From: Nitrospiraceae bacterium
GTDB lineage: Bacteria; Nitrospirota; Thermodesulfovibrionia; UBA6902
Reading direction: 5' to 3'
Assembly: GCA_003599425.1 (NCBI GenBank)
Contig: QZKC01000063.1
Span: 2,835 to 66,834, forward strand
Length of the DNA: 64,000 nt
The stretch's first letter is position 1; each line of letters opens with the position of its first letter. The notes beneath the pieces are model-generated. The model was not told the origin of the DNA. It ran no database searches and saw nothing but the letters and a program-made list of their open reading frames with translations. The translations under genes were made by a program, and so were the position numbers. Shown piece by piece: positions 55,704-64,000 of this stretch.

Positions 55704-56810
55704 ATGACATTTTTATGGGCAGTAATTTTTTTTGGCATATTGATATTTTTTCATGAATTAGGTCATTTCATACTTTCGAAGCTCGTCGGGGTAAAAGTGC
55801 TGAAGTTCTCTCTCGGATTTGGCCCGAAGGTGCTGGGGAAAAAGATCGGTGAGACCGAATACCTCATTTCGGCAATACCTCTTGGAGGATATGTAAAGCC
55901 GCTTGGAGAGGAGCCGGGCGAGGAACTGAGCGAAGAAGACAAGCCGAGGGCGTTTCAGTTCCAGCCTGTGTGGAAAAGGGCGCTGATCGTGCTGGCAGGG
56001 CCTGTGTTCAATATCCTGCTGGCGTATATTATTTTCCTGTTTTTTCTGGGGATGAATCTTCCGGTTGCAATACCGTCGCTTGATAGCATGACGCCGACAA
56101 TAGAGAATGTGCTGGATGGTTCTCCGGCCATGAAAGCAGGACTGGTAAAAGATGATGCCATTACCGAGATCAACGGGAAGGCGATCTCTGACTGGAATGA
56201 GATGGCCGAGATCTTCTCAAAGAATCCCGGGAATGAACTGAGCCTGAAGGTCAAAAGAGGTGAAGAGGTCATAAGTGTCCTTATAACTCCTGAACCGGCT
56301 GAGGCCCAGGATGAAACTGGCAAACAGATCGTTGTTGGAAGAATAGGCATTTCCAAGAAATTAGATGCAACAGTGATACAGAGTTCAGGCATTTTTAGCG
56401 CTCCTGTCAAAGCTCTTCAGGCAGTATACGGGTGGTGCGCGCTTACAGTGGAGGTTGTGGTGAAATTGTTTTCAGGCTCTGTGTCCGCAAAACAGGTCGG
56501 CGGGCCCATATTGATTGTGGATGCTGCTGCAAAGGCTGCATCGGTGGGGGCATTCACCTATTTTAATTTCATCGCGATAATCAGCATCAACCTCGCGGTA
56601 CTTAATCTGCTTCCTGTGCCTGTGCTTGATGGAGGGCACCTCACGTTCTTTATGATAGAAGCAGTGAGAGGCCGGCCGTTGAGTGATAAAATAATAACTG
56701 CTGCAAACAGGGTCGGCATGGCTCTTTTATTCCTGTTGATAGCCCTTGTTTTTTACAACGACATCATGAGAATTGTTGTCCCATGGATACAGAGAAGCGT
56801 GTCGCAGTAA
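55704..56810 (+). CDS. rseP: site-2 protease RseP (zinc metalloprotease with PDZ domain)
   Basis: HELGH at the N-terminus, a central PDZ-like region, and C-terminal NLLPVPVLDGGH. Confidence 0.9.
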   Translation: MTFLWAVIFFGILIFFHELGHFILSKLVGVKVLKFSLGFGPKVLGKKIGETEYLISAIPLGGYVKPLGEEPGEELSEEDKPRAFQFQPVWKRALIVLAGPVFNILLAYIIFLFFLGMNLPVAIPSLDSMTPTIENVLDGSPAMKAGLVKDDAITEINGKAISDWNEMAEIFSKNPGNELSLKVKRGEEVISVLITPEPAEAQDETGKQIVVGRIGISKKLDATVIQSSGIFSAPVKALQAVYGWCALTVEVVVKLFSGSVSAKQVGGPILIVDAAAKAASVGAFTYFNFIAIISINLAVLNLLPVPVLDGGHLTFFMIEAVRGRPLSDKIITAANRVGMALLFLLIALVFYNDIMRIVVPWIQRSVSQ

Positions 56811-56816
56811 AAGATC

Positions 56817-57263
56817 ATGAAGAAACCTCCAGTCATAAAGAGACAGGTATCATCCGGAGGGGTCATATTCCGCGCACCAGATAACGCAGCCGAAGTAGCG
56901 CTCGTTTCCGTGAGAGGCAGAAAGGCATGGTGCCTTCCAAAGGGATTAATTGACAGGAACGAGGATGCGCCATCTGCCGCATTGAGGGAAGTAAGGGAAG
57001 AGTCCGGACTTCACGGTGAAATTGTCGGCAAGATAGGGCACATATCCTACTGGTATTTTGCTGATGAAGAAAGGGTGAAGGTGCACAAGACAGTGCATTT
57101 CTTCCTTCTGAAATATACGAAAGGCAGCAACGCTGACCACGACCATGAAGTGGATGAGTCGAGATGGTTTCCCATAGATGAGGCGATCGCGACCCTGTCC
57201 TATAAAAGTGAAAAGAACATAATGCAGAAGGCAAAGGAAATGATAGAGGGGTTAAAGAAGTAG
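56817..57263 (+). CDS. NUDIX hydrolase
   Basis: NUDIX box G...EDAPSAALREVREESGL. Confidence 0.8.
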   Translation: MKKPPVIKRQVSSGGVIFRAPDNAAEVALVSVRGRKAWCLPKGLIDRNEDAPSAALREVREESGLHGEIVGKIGHISYWYFADEERVKVHKTVHFFLLKYTKGSNADHDHEVDESRWFPIDEAIATLSYKSEKNIMQKAKEMIEGLKK

Positions 57264-57272
57264 CCGATGGAA

Positions 57273-57312
57273 GGCACATAGGCACAAAGAGGCAAAGGCA
57301 CAAAGGCAAGGC
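57273..57312 (+). repeat. degenerate GGCACAAA tandem array
   Basis: GGCACATA GGCACAAAGA GGCAAA GGCACAAA GGCAAG, starting 10 nt after the NUDIX stop. Same word family, in the same sense orientation relative to flanking genes, as 25573-25616. Confidence 0.7.
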
Positions 57313-57345
57313 TGACGAAGATTTCTGAATTTAGCCATCATAAGC

Positions 57346-57358
57346 TGTCAGCTATCAG
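57346..57358 (+). repeat. TGTCAGCTATCAG dispersed repeat core, copy 2
   Basis: Exact 13-mer in the NUDIX-aconitase spacer. Confidence 0.8.
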
Positions 57359-57436
57359 CGGTAAGCTCAATACTGCTTCTGATTGCTGAAACCTGATTAT
57401 TATAGCATATAAATAGAGGCCAAAGGAGACGTTAGT

Positions 57437-59359
57437 ATGAACATCGCGCAGAAACTGATTTCATCACACCTTGTATCAGGCAGTATGAAGCCCGGGGAGG
57501 AGATAGCGATCTCCATTGACCAGACCCTGACACAGGATGCGACAGGGACCATGGCGTATCTTGAGTTTGAGGCAATGGGCATACCGAAAGTGCGGACAAA
57601 GCTCTCGGTGAGCTATGTGGACCACAACACTCTGCAGACCGGATTTGAGAATGCGGACGACCACAGGTTTCTCCAGACTATCGCTGCAAAATACGGGATA
57701 TATTTTTCCAAACCAGGCAATGGCATCTGCCACCAGGTTCATCTTGAGAGGTTTGCAAAGCCAGGGCAGACCCTGCTCGGCTCTGACAGCCACACTCCTA
57801 ATGCAGGCGCTGTCGGTATGCTTGCGATCGGAGCAGGGGGGCTGAACGTTGCTCTCGCGATGGCAGGCGAACCTTTTTATCTTATCATGCCGAAAGTTGT
57901 CCGGGTGGAATTGAAAGGCAAACTGAAAAATGGAGTTGCTGCCAAGGACATCATCCTTGAAGTCCTCAGGAGATTAACTGTAAAAGGCGGTGTCGGGAAG
58001 GTCATTGAATATACCGGCGCCGGGGTAAAGACTCTCACTGTGCCTGAAAGGGCCACGATAACGAACATGGGGGCGGAGCTTGGGGCAACATCTTCCGTGT
58101 TCCCCTCAGATGAGCAGACCAAGGCCTTTCTCAAGGCGCAGAAACGCGGGGCGGACTGGACCGAGCTGCTCCCTGATGCTGACGCAGCATATGATGAAGA
58201 GCTCATCATTGACCTTGATAAACTCGTACCTATGACCGCACTGCCTTCAAGTCCGGACAATGTAAAACGCGTAAAAGATGTTAACGGCACACCAATAAAG
58301 CAGGTGTGCATCGGGAGCTGCGTTAATTCTTCTTACGCTGACCTTATGCTTGCTGCAAAGATACTTAAAAAGCGCAAGGTCCATCCTGATGTGAGCCTTA
58401 CAATCAGTCCAGGCTCACGGCAGGCGCTTCAGATGATCACTGAAAATGGGGCGTTATCAGACATTATCTCAGCAGGCGCACGAGTGCTGGAATCATCGTG
58501 CGGCCCGTGCATCGGCATGGGACAGGCGCCGCCGACTGGCGCAGTCTCCCTCAGGACCTTCAACAGGAATTTCCCCGGAAGAAGCGGTACAGCCAATGAC
58601 CAGGTGTATCTGTGCAGCCCGTTGACAGCAGCGGTGTCGGCGATTACAGGCAAGATAACTGACCCGCGTGATGTCATAAAAAAACCTCTCAGGTTTAAGC
58701 TCCCCGAAAAATTTACCATAGACGATTCGCTGATCATTCCTCCGTTAAAGAAGCCAGATAAGGTAGTTGTCGAGAGAGGGCCTAACATAAAACCATTGCC
58801 TGTCAGGGGCGCTCTTGAGGACTCACTGAAGGCAAAGGTGGTGCTGAAAGTTGGAGATAATATCACTACTGACGACATCATGCCTGCAGGCGCAAAGATA
58901 CTTCCCCTCAGATCCAACATTCCTGCGATATCCGAGCATGTGTTCTCCAAGGTTGATCCTGCATTTCCATCAAGGGCGAAAACTTCGGGTAGTGGAGTGG
59001 TGATGGGCGGGAATAACTACGGCCAGGGTTCAAGCAGGGAGCACGCGGCCCTTGCGCCGATGTACCTTGGGATAAAAGCGATATTGGCGAAGTCCTTTGC
59101 CCGGATACATAAGGACAACCTGATCAACTTCGGCATCCTGCCCCTGACTGTTCCGCCGGATGTTTATGACTCGCTTGAACAGGATGCGGAACTGGAATTC
59201 CCTTCACTTGCCAAAGACGTCAGGGAATCGTCAGAGGTTACATTCATTGACGCAAGGACACGCAAGACTTACAAGGCGGAACACGGCCTGTCGGAAAGAC
59301 AGAGACAGATAATTCTGGTTGGCGGGATGCTGAATGTGGTGAAGGGAAAGAAGGGTTAA
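57437..59359 (+). CDS. aconitate hydratase (about 640-aa short form)
   Basis: Aconitase family: IDQTLTQDATG, GSDSHT, Fe-S ligand region GSCVNSS...SCGPCIGMG, and swivel domain NYGQGSSREHAA. Confidence 0.85.
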   Translation: MNIAQKLISSHLVSGSMKPGEEIAISIDQTLTQDATGTMAYLEFEAMGIPKVRTKLSVSYVDHNTLQTGFENADDHRFLQTIAAKYGIYFSKPGNGICHQVHLERFAKPGQTLLGSDSHTPNAGAVGMLAIGAGGLNVALAMAGEPFYLIMPKVVRVELKGKLKNGVAAKDIILEVLRRLTVKGGVGKVIEYTGAGVKTLTVPERATITNMGAELGATSSVFPSDEQTKAFLKAQKRGADWTELLPDADAAYDEELIIDLDKLVPMTALPSSPDNVKRVKDVNGTPIKQVCIGSCVNSSYADLMLAAKILKKRKVHPDVSLTISPGSRQALQMITENGALSDIISAGARVLESSCGPCIGMGQAPPTGAVSLRTFNRNFPGRSGTANDQVYLCSPLTAAVSAITGKITDPRDVIKKPLRFKLPEKFTIDDSLIIPPLKKPDKVVVERGPNIKPLPVRGALEDSLKAKVVLKVGDNITTDDIMPAGAKILPLRSNIPAISEHVFSKVDPAFPSRAKTSGSGVVMGGNNYGQGSSREHAALAPMYLGIKAILAKSFARIHKDNLINFGILPLTVPPDVYDSLEQDAELEFPSLAKDVRESSEVTFIDARTRKTYKAEHGLSERQRQIILVGGMLNVVKGKKG

Positions 59360-59373
59360 AAATAAACCTTTCC

Positions 59374-59403
59374 TTGACACGCTCATTTGGATAGCAGTAT
59401 ACT
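59374..59403 (+). promoter_or_regulatory. sigma-70 promoter of the thi operon (TTGACA-N18-TATACT)
   Basis: TTGACA at 59374-59379 and TATACT at 59398-59403, immediately upstream of the riboswitch. Confidence 0.55.
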
Positions 59404-59404
59404 T

Positions 59405-59575
59405 TACTTACCCTAGGGGAGGCATCAGCCTGAGAGTTTCAGGGCAGAGCACAGAACCCAGAGTCAGACAACAGATGAAAATAAAAAATCTGTAGTCTGT
59501 GTTCTGAAATCTTAGTTCTGCTTTGAATGACCCTCTGAACCTGAACTGGATAATACCAGCGAAGGAAACGGGAAA
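59405..59575 (+). promoter_or_regulatory. TPP (THI-box) riboswitch with unusually long P3 insertion
   Basis: Conserved cores GGGGAGGC...GCCTGAGAG (59415-59436) and ACCCTCTGAACCTGAACTGGATAATACCAGCGAAGGAAACGG (59530-59571). They are separated by a 93-nt self-complementary insertion (59437-59529). Confidence 0.85.
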
Positions 59576-59592
59576 AGCAGAACGTTAGTTAG

Positions 59593-59635
59593 CCGTATTT
59601 CCTGGAAGATGCTTCACAGGGAATACGGTTTTTTT
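59593..59635 (+). terminator. riboswitch expression-platform terminator
   Basis: CCGTATTTCCTG...CAGGGAATACGG stem followed by TTTTTTT (59629-59635). Confidence 0.7.
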
Positions 59636-59729
59636 GTTTGGGAAGAGCAGTGAGAAATTATGTTGAGACGGACAGGACTCAATATTTTCAGCTCAAATAT
59701 TGAGCCCGGTCCGCCTTTAGGTGAATTGT

Positions 59730-61037
59730 ATGATACAAAAAAATTGTGACTCGCCCCGCGTTAAAGACATTCTTGCCAAATCACTTGACCTGCAGGTATT
59801 GAACCTCGCAGAGGTTTCTGCCTTACTCTCTTTGGAGGACAGGGACCTTTGGGCCGAGGTCTTTGATGCTGCGCGCAGGGTAAAGGAAAAAGTTTATGGC
59901 AAAAGGATCGTTCTCTTTGCACCCCTGTATCTTTCCAATGAGTGCACTAACGACTGCCTTTATTGCGGTTTCAGGAGCGGCAACAGGGACGCAAGGAGAA
60001 AAACATTGACGGTGCATGAAGCAGTAGAAGAGGCAAACCTCCTGTCAAACAGAGGGTATAAGAGACTGCTCCTCGTGGCAAGTGAGCACCCCCAATTAGC
60101 CGGTATATCTTATATAGAACAGGTTGTTCATGCGATTTACAAAGAAACAGACATCCGTATCTTGCACGCAAACACAGCGCCGATGAGCGTTGATGATTTC
60201 AGGAGACTGAAGGAATGCAGAATCGGAGTATATCAGTGTTTTCAGGAGACGTACCACATCCCCACGTACCGCTCTATGCATTCGAAAGGTACCAAGGCTG
60301 ATTACGCTTGGAGGCTTAACGTCATGGACCGGGCGGTCGAAGCGGGGTTTGAGGATGTGGGTATGGGCGTGCTTCTCGGTCTTTATGACTGGCGGTGGGA
60401 GGCTGGCGCCTTGATCGCGCACAGCAGGCGGCTGATGAGCAAATATGGATTTGGGCCGCATACACTCTCAGTGCCGAGACTACAGCCGGCACAGGGTTCA
60501 GAGATGAAGGATGTTCATTACAGGGTTTCAGATGAGGACCTGAAGAAGATAGTTGCCATATACAGGCTGGCCCTTCCTTATGTCGGAGTCGTGGTTTCCA
60601 CGCGCGAGCCGGCAGGGCTGAGGGACGAGCTGCTTGTAACCGGCGCGTCACAGATATCGGCAGGGTCCAAGACAAGCCCGTCAGGATACATGAAGGATGG
60701 CGATACGGAGCAGTTTGAAATAGGCGACACAAGGAGCCTGGAAGAGGTTATAAACAGGATCGTGAGCCTGGGTCTTGTGCCGAGTCTTTGCACGGCCTGT
60801 TACAGAGAAGGCAGGAGTGGGGAGAGTTTCAGACACCTCGCTGAACAGGAGACCATGAAGGCCTTCTGTCAGGAAAATGCGATCCTGAGCCTGAAGGAAT
60901 ATATGGAGGACTGCGCTTCAGGGGAAGCGAAGGATATGCTAAAGAAGCTGCTGAACGAAGAGATTGAAAAAAGTGCAAATGGCCTGACGGAAAAGTTTAA
61001 GTTGATAGAGAAGGGGAAAAGGGATGTACACATTTAG
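59730..61037 (+). CDS. thiH: tyrosine-lyase radical SAM enzyme in the ThiH position, with a HydG-type C-terminal CX2CX22C motif
   Basis: PLYLSNECTNDCLYCGF radical-SAM motif, colinear with ThiH/HydG. C-terminal extension has CTAC-x22-C (Cys codons 60789, 60798, 60867). Start is ATG 59730 (AGGTG SD) or the track GTG 59721. Confidence 0.75.
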   Translation: MIQKNCDSPRVKDILAKSLDLQVLNLAEVSALLSLEDRDLWAEVFDAARRVKEKVYGKRIVLFAPLYLSNECTNDCLYCGFRSGNRDARRKTLTVHEAVEEANLLSNRGYKRLLLVASEHPQLAGISYIEQVVHAIYKETDIRILHANTAPMSVDDFRRLKECRIGVYQCFQETYHIPTYRSMHSKGTKADYAWRLNVMDRAVEAGFEDVGMGVLLGLYDWRWEAGALIAHSRRLMSKYGFGPHTLSVPRLQPAQGSEMKDVHYRVSDEDLKKIVAIYRLALPYVGVVVSTREPAGLRDELLVTGASQISAGSKTSPSGYMKDGDTEQFEIGDTRSLEEVINRIVSLGLVPSLCTACYREGRSGESFRHLAEQETMKAFCQENAILSLKEYMEDCASGEAKDMLKKLLNEEIEKSANGLTEKFKLIEKGKRDVHI

Positions 61038-61045
61038 CTGATAAC

Positions 61046-61058
61046 TGTCAGCTATCAG
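61046..61058 (+). repeat. TGTCAGCTATCAG dispersed repeat core, copy 3
   Basis: Exact 13-mer in the 36-nt thiH-thiS spacer (TAGCTGATAACTGTCAGCTATCAGCTTATAGCTTAAAAG). Confidence 0.8.
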
Positions 61059-61073
61059 CTTATAGCTTAAAAG

Positions 61074-61274
61074 ATGAAACTCAAACTAAACGGAACAGAT
61101 TCAGAGATTACGGACGGCATCACGGTTACCGGTCTGCTTGAAACATTGAAGATAGAACCAGGTCGCGTTGCGGTCGAGGTGAACCTGCACATCGTAAAAA
61201 AATGCGATTACGATGCTCACACACTGAAAGACGGTGACTCGGTCGAGATAGTGAATTTTGTAGGAGGAGGTTAA
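61074..61274 (+). CDS. thiS: sulfur-carrier protein ThiS
   Basis: 66 aa ending in GG. Located upstream of thiG. Confidence 0.85.
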   Translation: MKLKLNGTDSEITDGITVTGLLETLKIEPGRVAVEVNLHIVKKCDYDAHTLKDGDSVEIVNFVGGG

Positions 61275-61275
61275 C

Positions 61276-62049
61276 TTGTTAAACGACAAACTGATAATCA
61301 GAGGTATCGAATTCAGATCCCGTCTCTGGGTAGGGACTGGAAAGTATAAAGACTTTGAAGAGACGGCGAAGGCTATCGAAGTGTCCGGGGCAGATGTTGT
61401 GACAGTTGCGGTGAGGAGGACGAACATATTCGACAAGAAGTCAGAAAATCTTCTTGATTATATCGATCCTGAAAAATACAAGATACTGCCAAATACGGCA
61501 GGGTGCTATACGATGGAAGATGCATTGCGCTACGCGAGGCTTGCGAGAGAAACCGGGGTGTCTGATCTTATCAAACTTGAGGTGATCGGAGATGAAAAGA
61601 CCCTTTTCCCGGATGCATGCGCCACGCTGAAAGCAACAGAGATATTGGCCAAGGAGGGTTTCATTGTCCTTCCATACATTAATGATGATCCGGTCATGGC
61701 ATTGAGACTGGTTGATGCAGGGGCTGCGGCTGTCATGCCTCTTGCAGCGCCGATCGGTTCAGGGCTTGGCATACGCAATCCCTATAACATCAAAATAATA
61801 CTTGAACAGGCAAAAGTACCCATTGTTGTTGACGCAGGGGTCGGCACTGCTTCTGACGTGGCAGTTGCGATGGAGCTTGGATGTGACGCAGTTCTTCTGA
61901 ACACTGCGATTGCTGGTGCGAAGGACCCCATATCAATGGCTGAGGCCATGAAGCATGCTGTTATTGCCGGGCGTCTTGCGTACAGGGCAGGGAGAATTCA
62001 AAGGAAGCTATATGCAACTGCAAGCAGCCCGATCGAGGGAATGCTGTGA
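61276..62049 (+). CDS. thiG: thiazole synthase ThiG
   Basis: GTGKY, LPNTAGC, KLEVIGD and [10 protein letters not shown] motifs. TTG start 1 nt after the thiS stop. Confidence 0.9.
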   Translation: MLNDKLIIRGIEFRSRLWVGTGKYKDFEETAKAIEVSGADVVTVAVRRTNIFDKKSENLLDYIDPEKYKILPNTAGCYTMEDALRYARLARETGVSDLIKLEVIGDEKTLFPDACATLKATEILAKEGFIVLPYINDDPVMALRLVDAGAAAVMPLAAPIGSGLGIRNPYNIKIILEQAKVPIVVDAGVGTASDVAVAMELGCDAVLLNTAIAGAKDPISMAEAMKHAVIAGRLAYRAGRIQRKLYATASSPIEGML

Positions 62050-62726
62050 AAAAAGTCAGAAATCAGGAGTCAAAAGTCAAAGGTGAGAAAACAAACCATA
62101 ACCTGTGGACTTTAGACTTTAGATTTTATTTAATTACAGACAGGAAGCTGATTACTGATCGCTGTTCGCTGATAGCTGCTGTTAAGGATGCTTTAAAAGG
62201 CGGCGTAAAAGCGATTCAACTGAGAGAAAAAGACCTTGACACGAGGGAACTTTTAAAACTGGCGTATAAAATGAGAGAGCTGACAGCTAAACATGATGCA
62301 AGGCTTTTTATCAATGACCGTTTTGATGTTGCGCTCGCAGTTGGCGCAGACGGGGTTCATCTCACGCAGAACAGTATCCCTGCGGATGCTGTGCGAAAAA
62401 CTGTCAGAAGAAAGCTTCTCATGGGCGTTTCAACGCACTCATTGAAAGAAGCAAAGGAAGCCGAAAAAGCAGGCGCTGACTTTATAACATCTGGGCCGGT
62501 CTACAGGACACCTTCCAAGCTGAAATACGGGAGGCCCCTGGGAATTGATGCATTGAGAAATATTTGCAGCAAAGTGAATATCCCTGTCTTTGCTATCGGC
62601 GGGATCAAGAGCCGCAGAATAAACGAAGTGAGGCAGGCAGGGGCATATGGAGTTGCGATGATATCGGAGATATTTGGGGCGGAAGATATAAGCAAAAAAT
62701 CCGGAGAGATTATAAATAAATTGTAG
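62046..62726 (+). CDS. thiE: thiamine-phosphate synthase ThiE (N-terminal about 28 codons lie in repeat-like sequence)
   Basis: FYLITDR...[14 protein letters not shown]...GADGVHL...GPVY.T.SK...FAIGGI. The GTG start at 62046 overlaps the thiG stop (GTGA). The true start could be internal. Confidence 0.8.
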   Translation: MKKVRNQESKVKGEKTNHNLWTLDFRFYLITDRKLITDRCSLIAAVKDALKGGVKAIQLREKDLDTRELLKLAYKMRELTAKHDARLFINDRFDVALAVGADGVHLTQNSIPADAVRKTVRRKLLMGVSTHSLKEAKEAEKAGADFITSGPVYRTPSKLKYGRPLGIDALRNICSKVNIPVFAIGGIKSRRINEVRQAGAYGVAMISEIFGAEDISKKSGEIINKL

Positions 62727-62777
62727 TAGGGGTTTGATTAATCAAACCCCTACTTTATTCCGCATCTGGTGCGGAAT
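62726..62777 (+). terminator. two consecutive perfect hairpins between thiE and thiC
   Basis: GTAGGGGTTTGAT-TA-ATCAAACCCCTAC (62726-62753) followed by TTTATT. Then ATTCCGCA-TCTGG-TGCGGAAT (62757-62777). Confidence 0.55.
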
Positions 62778-62795
62778 GACAAAGAGGAGTTTACC

Positions 62796-64000
62796 ATGAT
62801 CAAAACATTACAGCATACAAGAATCGAGCTTGCACGGAAGGGTATTATCACTGATGAGGTGAAACAGGTTGCGCATGATGAGGGACTTGCGCCTGAAAGG
62901 CTTTCAGAGGACATTGCATCAGGCGTCAGTGTTATCTCAAGGAACGCCTTTCATGACATAAAACCTCTTGGCATCGGCAGAGGGATGAAGACAAAGATAA
63001 ACGCGAATATCGGGACTTCAAAGGATAAGATATCCCTTGAGGACGAGATGGAGAAGCTTGACGTGCTGGTGAAGTACGGCGCTGATGCTGTTATGGATCT
63101 TTCTACGGGCGGTCCCATACAGGACATCAGGAAACTTCTCCTCAGGAAATCATCTGTCTCGGTGGGGACAGTTCCCATTTACGAGGCCGTTGCAAGGGCT
63201 GCTGAGGGAAAAGGCTCAATCGCAAAGATGAGCGCTGACGATCTCTTTTCCGTAATTGAAGAGCATGCGGAGCAGGGGGTCGATTTCGTGACGGTTCACT
63301 GCGGACTGACAAGGAAGACGATCGAGACGCTGAGGGAAGACGGCAGGGTCCTTGATATAGTGAGCCGCGGCGGCGCGTTCCTCGTCGAATGGATGATCTA
63401 TAATGACAGGGAGAACCCTCTTTACGAAAAGTACGACAGGCTTCTTGAGATATCGAAAAAATATGATCTAACACTGAGCCTCGGAGACGGAGCGCGTCCT
63501 GGATGTCTTGCAGACGCAACCGACAGGACACAGATCGATGAGCTTCTGACACTTGGCAGGTTAAGAGATCTGGCGGTTGAAGCAGGCGTGCAGGTTATTA
63601 TCGAAGGACCGGGGCATGTGCCGCTGAATCAGGTTGAACTGAACATCAGGATGCAGAAAGAGATTTGCAAGGGGGCGCCGTTTTATGTGCTCGGCCCTCT
63701 CGTGACTGATATCGCGATGGGATATGACCATATCGCTGCAGCGATCGGCGGGGCCATTGCAGGCGCTGCCGGAGCGGATTTCCTTTGCTATGTGACGCCG
63801 TCCGAGCACATCAGGCTGCCTAATATTGAAGATGTGAAAGAAGGCGTTATCGCATCAAAGATCGCAGCGCATGCGGCGGACATCGCAAAGGGGGTTAAAG
63901 GGGCGATTGATCTGGACATCGAGATGGCTAAGAGGAGAAAGGCGCTCGACTGGAACGGCCAGATAGCGCTTTCACTTAATCCAGATAAAGTCAGGCAATG
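62796..64000 (+). CDS. thiC: phosphomethylpyrimidine synthase ThiC (partial; continues beyond the window)
   Basis: ATG 62796 preceded by AGAGGAG. The translation MIKTLQHTRIELARKGIIT...GMKTKINANIGTS...AVMDLSTGG...VGTVPIYEA...VTVHCG... is colinear with ThiC. Not in the ORF track because there is no stop inside the window. Confidence 0.85.
   Translation, partial: MIKTLQHTRIELARKGIITDEVKQVAHDEGLAPERLSEDIASGVSVISRNAFHDIKPLGIGRGMKTKINANIGTSKDKISLEDEMEKLDVLVKYGADAVMDLSTGGPIQDIRKLLLRKSSVSVGTVPIYEAVARAAEGKGSIAKMSADDLFSVIEEHAEQGVDFVTVHCGLTRKTIETLREDGRVLDIVSRGGAFLVEWMIYNDRENPLYEKYDRLLEISKKYDLTLSLGDGARPGCLADATDRTQIDELLTLGRLRDLAVEAGVQVIIEGPGHVPLNQVELNIRMQKEICKGAPFYVLGPLVTDIAMGYDHIAAAIGGAIAGAAGADFLCYVTPSEHIRLPNIEDVKEGVIASKIAAHAADIAKGVKGAIDLDIEMAKRRKALDWNGQIALSLNPDKVRQ

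Overview
64-kb bacterial chromosomal window using the standard genetic code: TGA ends several conserved genes at their normal length. Gene content looks like a Gram-negative anaerobe, but I cannot assign taxonomy from the sequence alone. I found no rRNA, tRNA or CRISPR array.

Layout, left to right:
- 646-9812 (-): nine-gene glycosylation operon. It holds four cytoplasmic glycosyltransferases (three GT2-type including a GtrB-like enzyme, one GT4-type) plus an ArnT/PMT-like membrane glycosyltransferase, two paralogous radical-SAM/SPASM enzymes, and a flippase-like membrane protein.
- 9957-12957 (-): lipoprotein plus two L,D-transpeptidases, behind a sigma-54-type promoter.
- 13164-19331: cupin-like protein, GH13 amylase, rlmI, corA.
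- 19596-23106 (+): membrane-bound [NiFe] hydrogenase operon (small subunit, large subunit, cytochrome b).
- 23197-26720 (-): phosphoketolase and acetate kinase.
- 27005-32877 (-): ten-gene operon of mostly exported proteins, including a Kunitz/BPTI-domain protein and a signal-peptide ankyrin-repeat protein.
- 33126-40811 (+): LysM-NlpC/P60 peptidase, TPR protein, RDD protein, mreBCD-mrdA-rodA.
- 40934-47721: accessory island with a single-chain nuclease-methyltransferase R-M enzyme, an IS element whose transposase carries a DUF4338-like N-terminal domain, a DUF433/PIN-like pair and a MazG-like gene.
- 47790-59359 (+): mlaEFD, FG-GAP protein, uppS-cdsA-dxr-rseP, NUDIX hydrolase, aconitase.
- 59374-64000 (+): TPP riboswitch followed by thiH-thiS-thiG-thiE-thiC (thiC is cut by the window end).

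Most unusual observation: the hydrogenase large subunit is one continuous reading frame from 20717 to 22426. It is interrupted only by two in-frame TGA codons. These fall exactly on the two N-terminal Ni-binding cysteines of the RxCGxCxxxH motif. That makes it a candidate double-selenocysteine enzyme, with the selenium placed opposite to known [NiFeSe] hydrogenases. A stem-loop downstream is positioned like a bacterial SECIS element. The partner small subunit has Asp in place of a proximal-cluster cysteine.

Other points worth a second look:
- the thiH-position gene carries a HydG-type CX2CX22C motif;
- several families of short intergenic repeats, including a roughly 92-bp G/C-tract element present twice.
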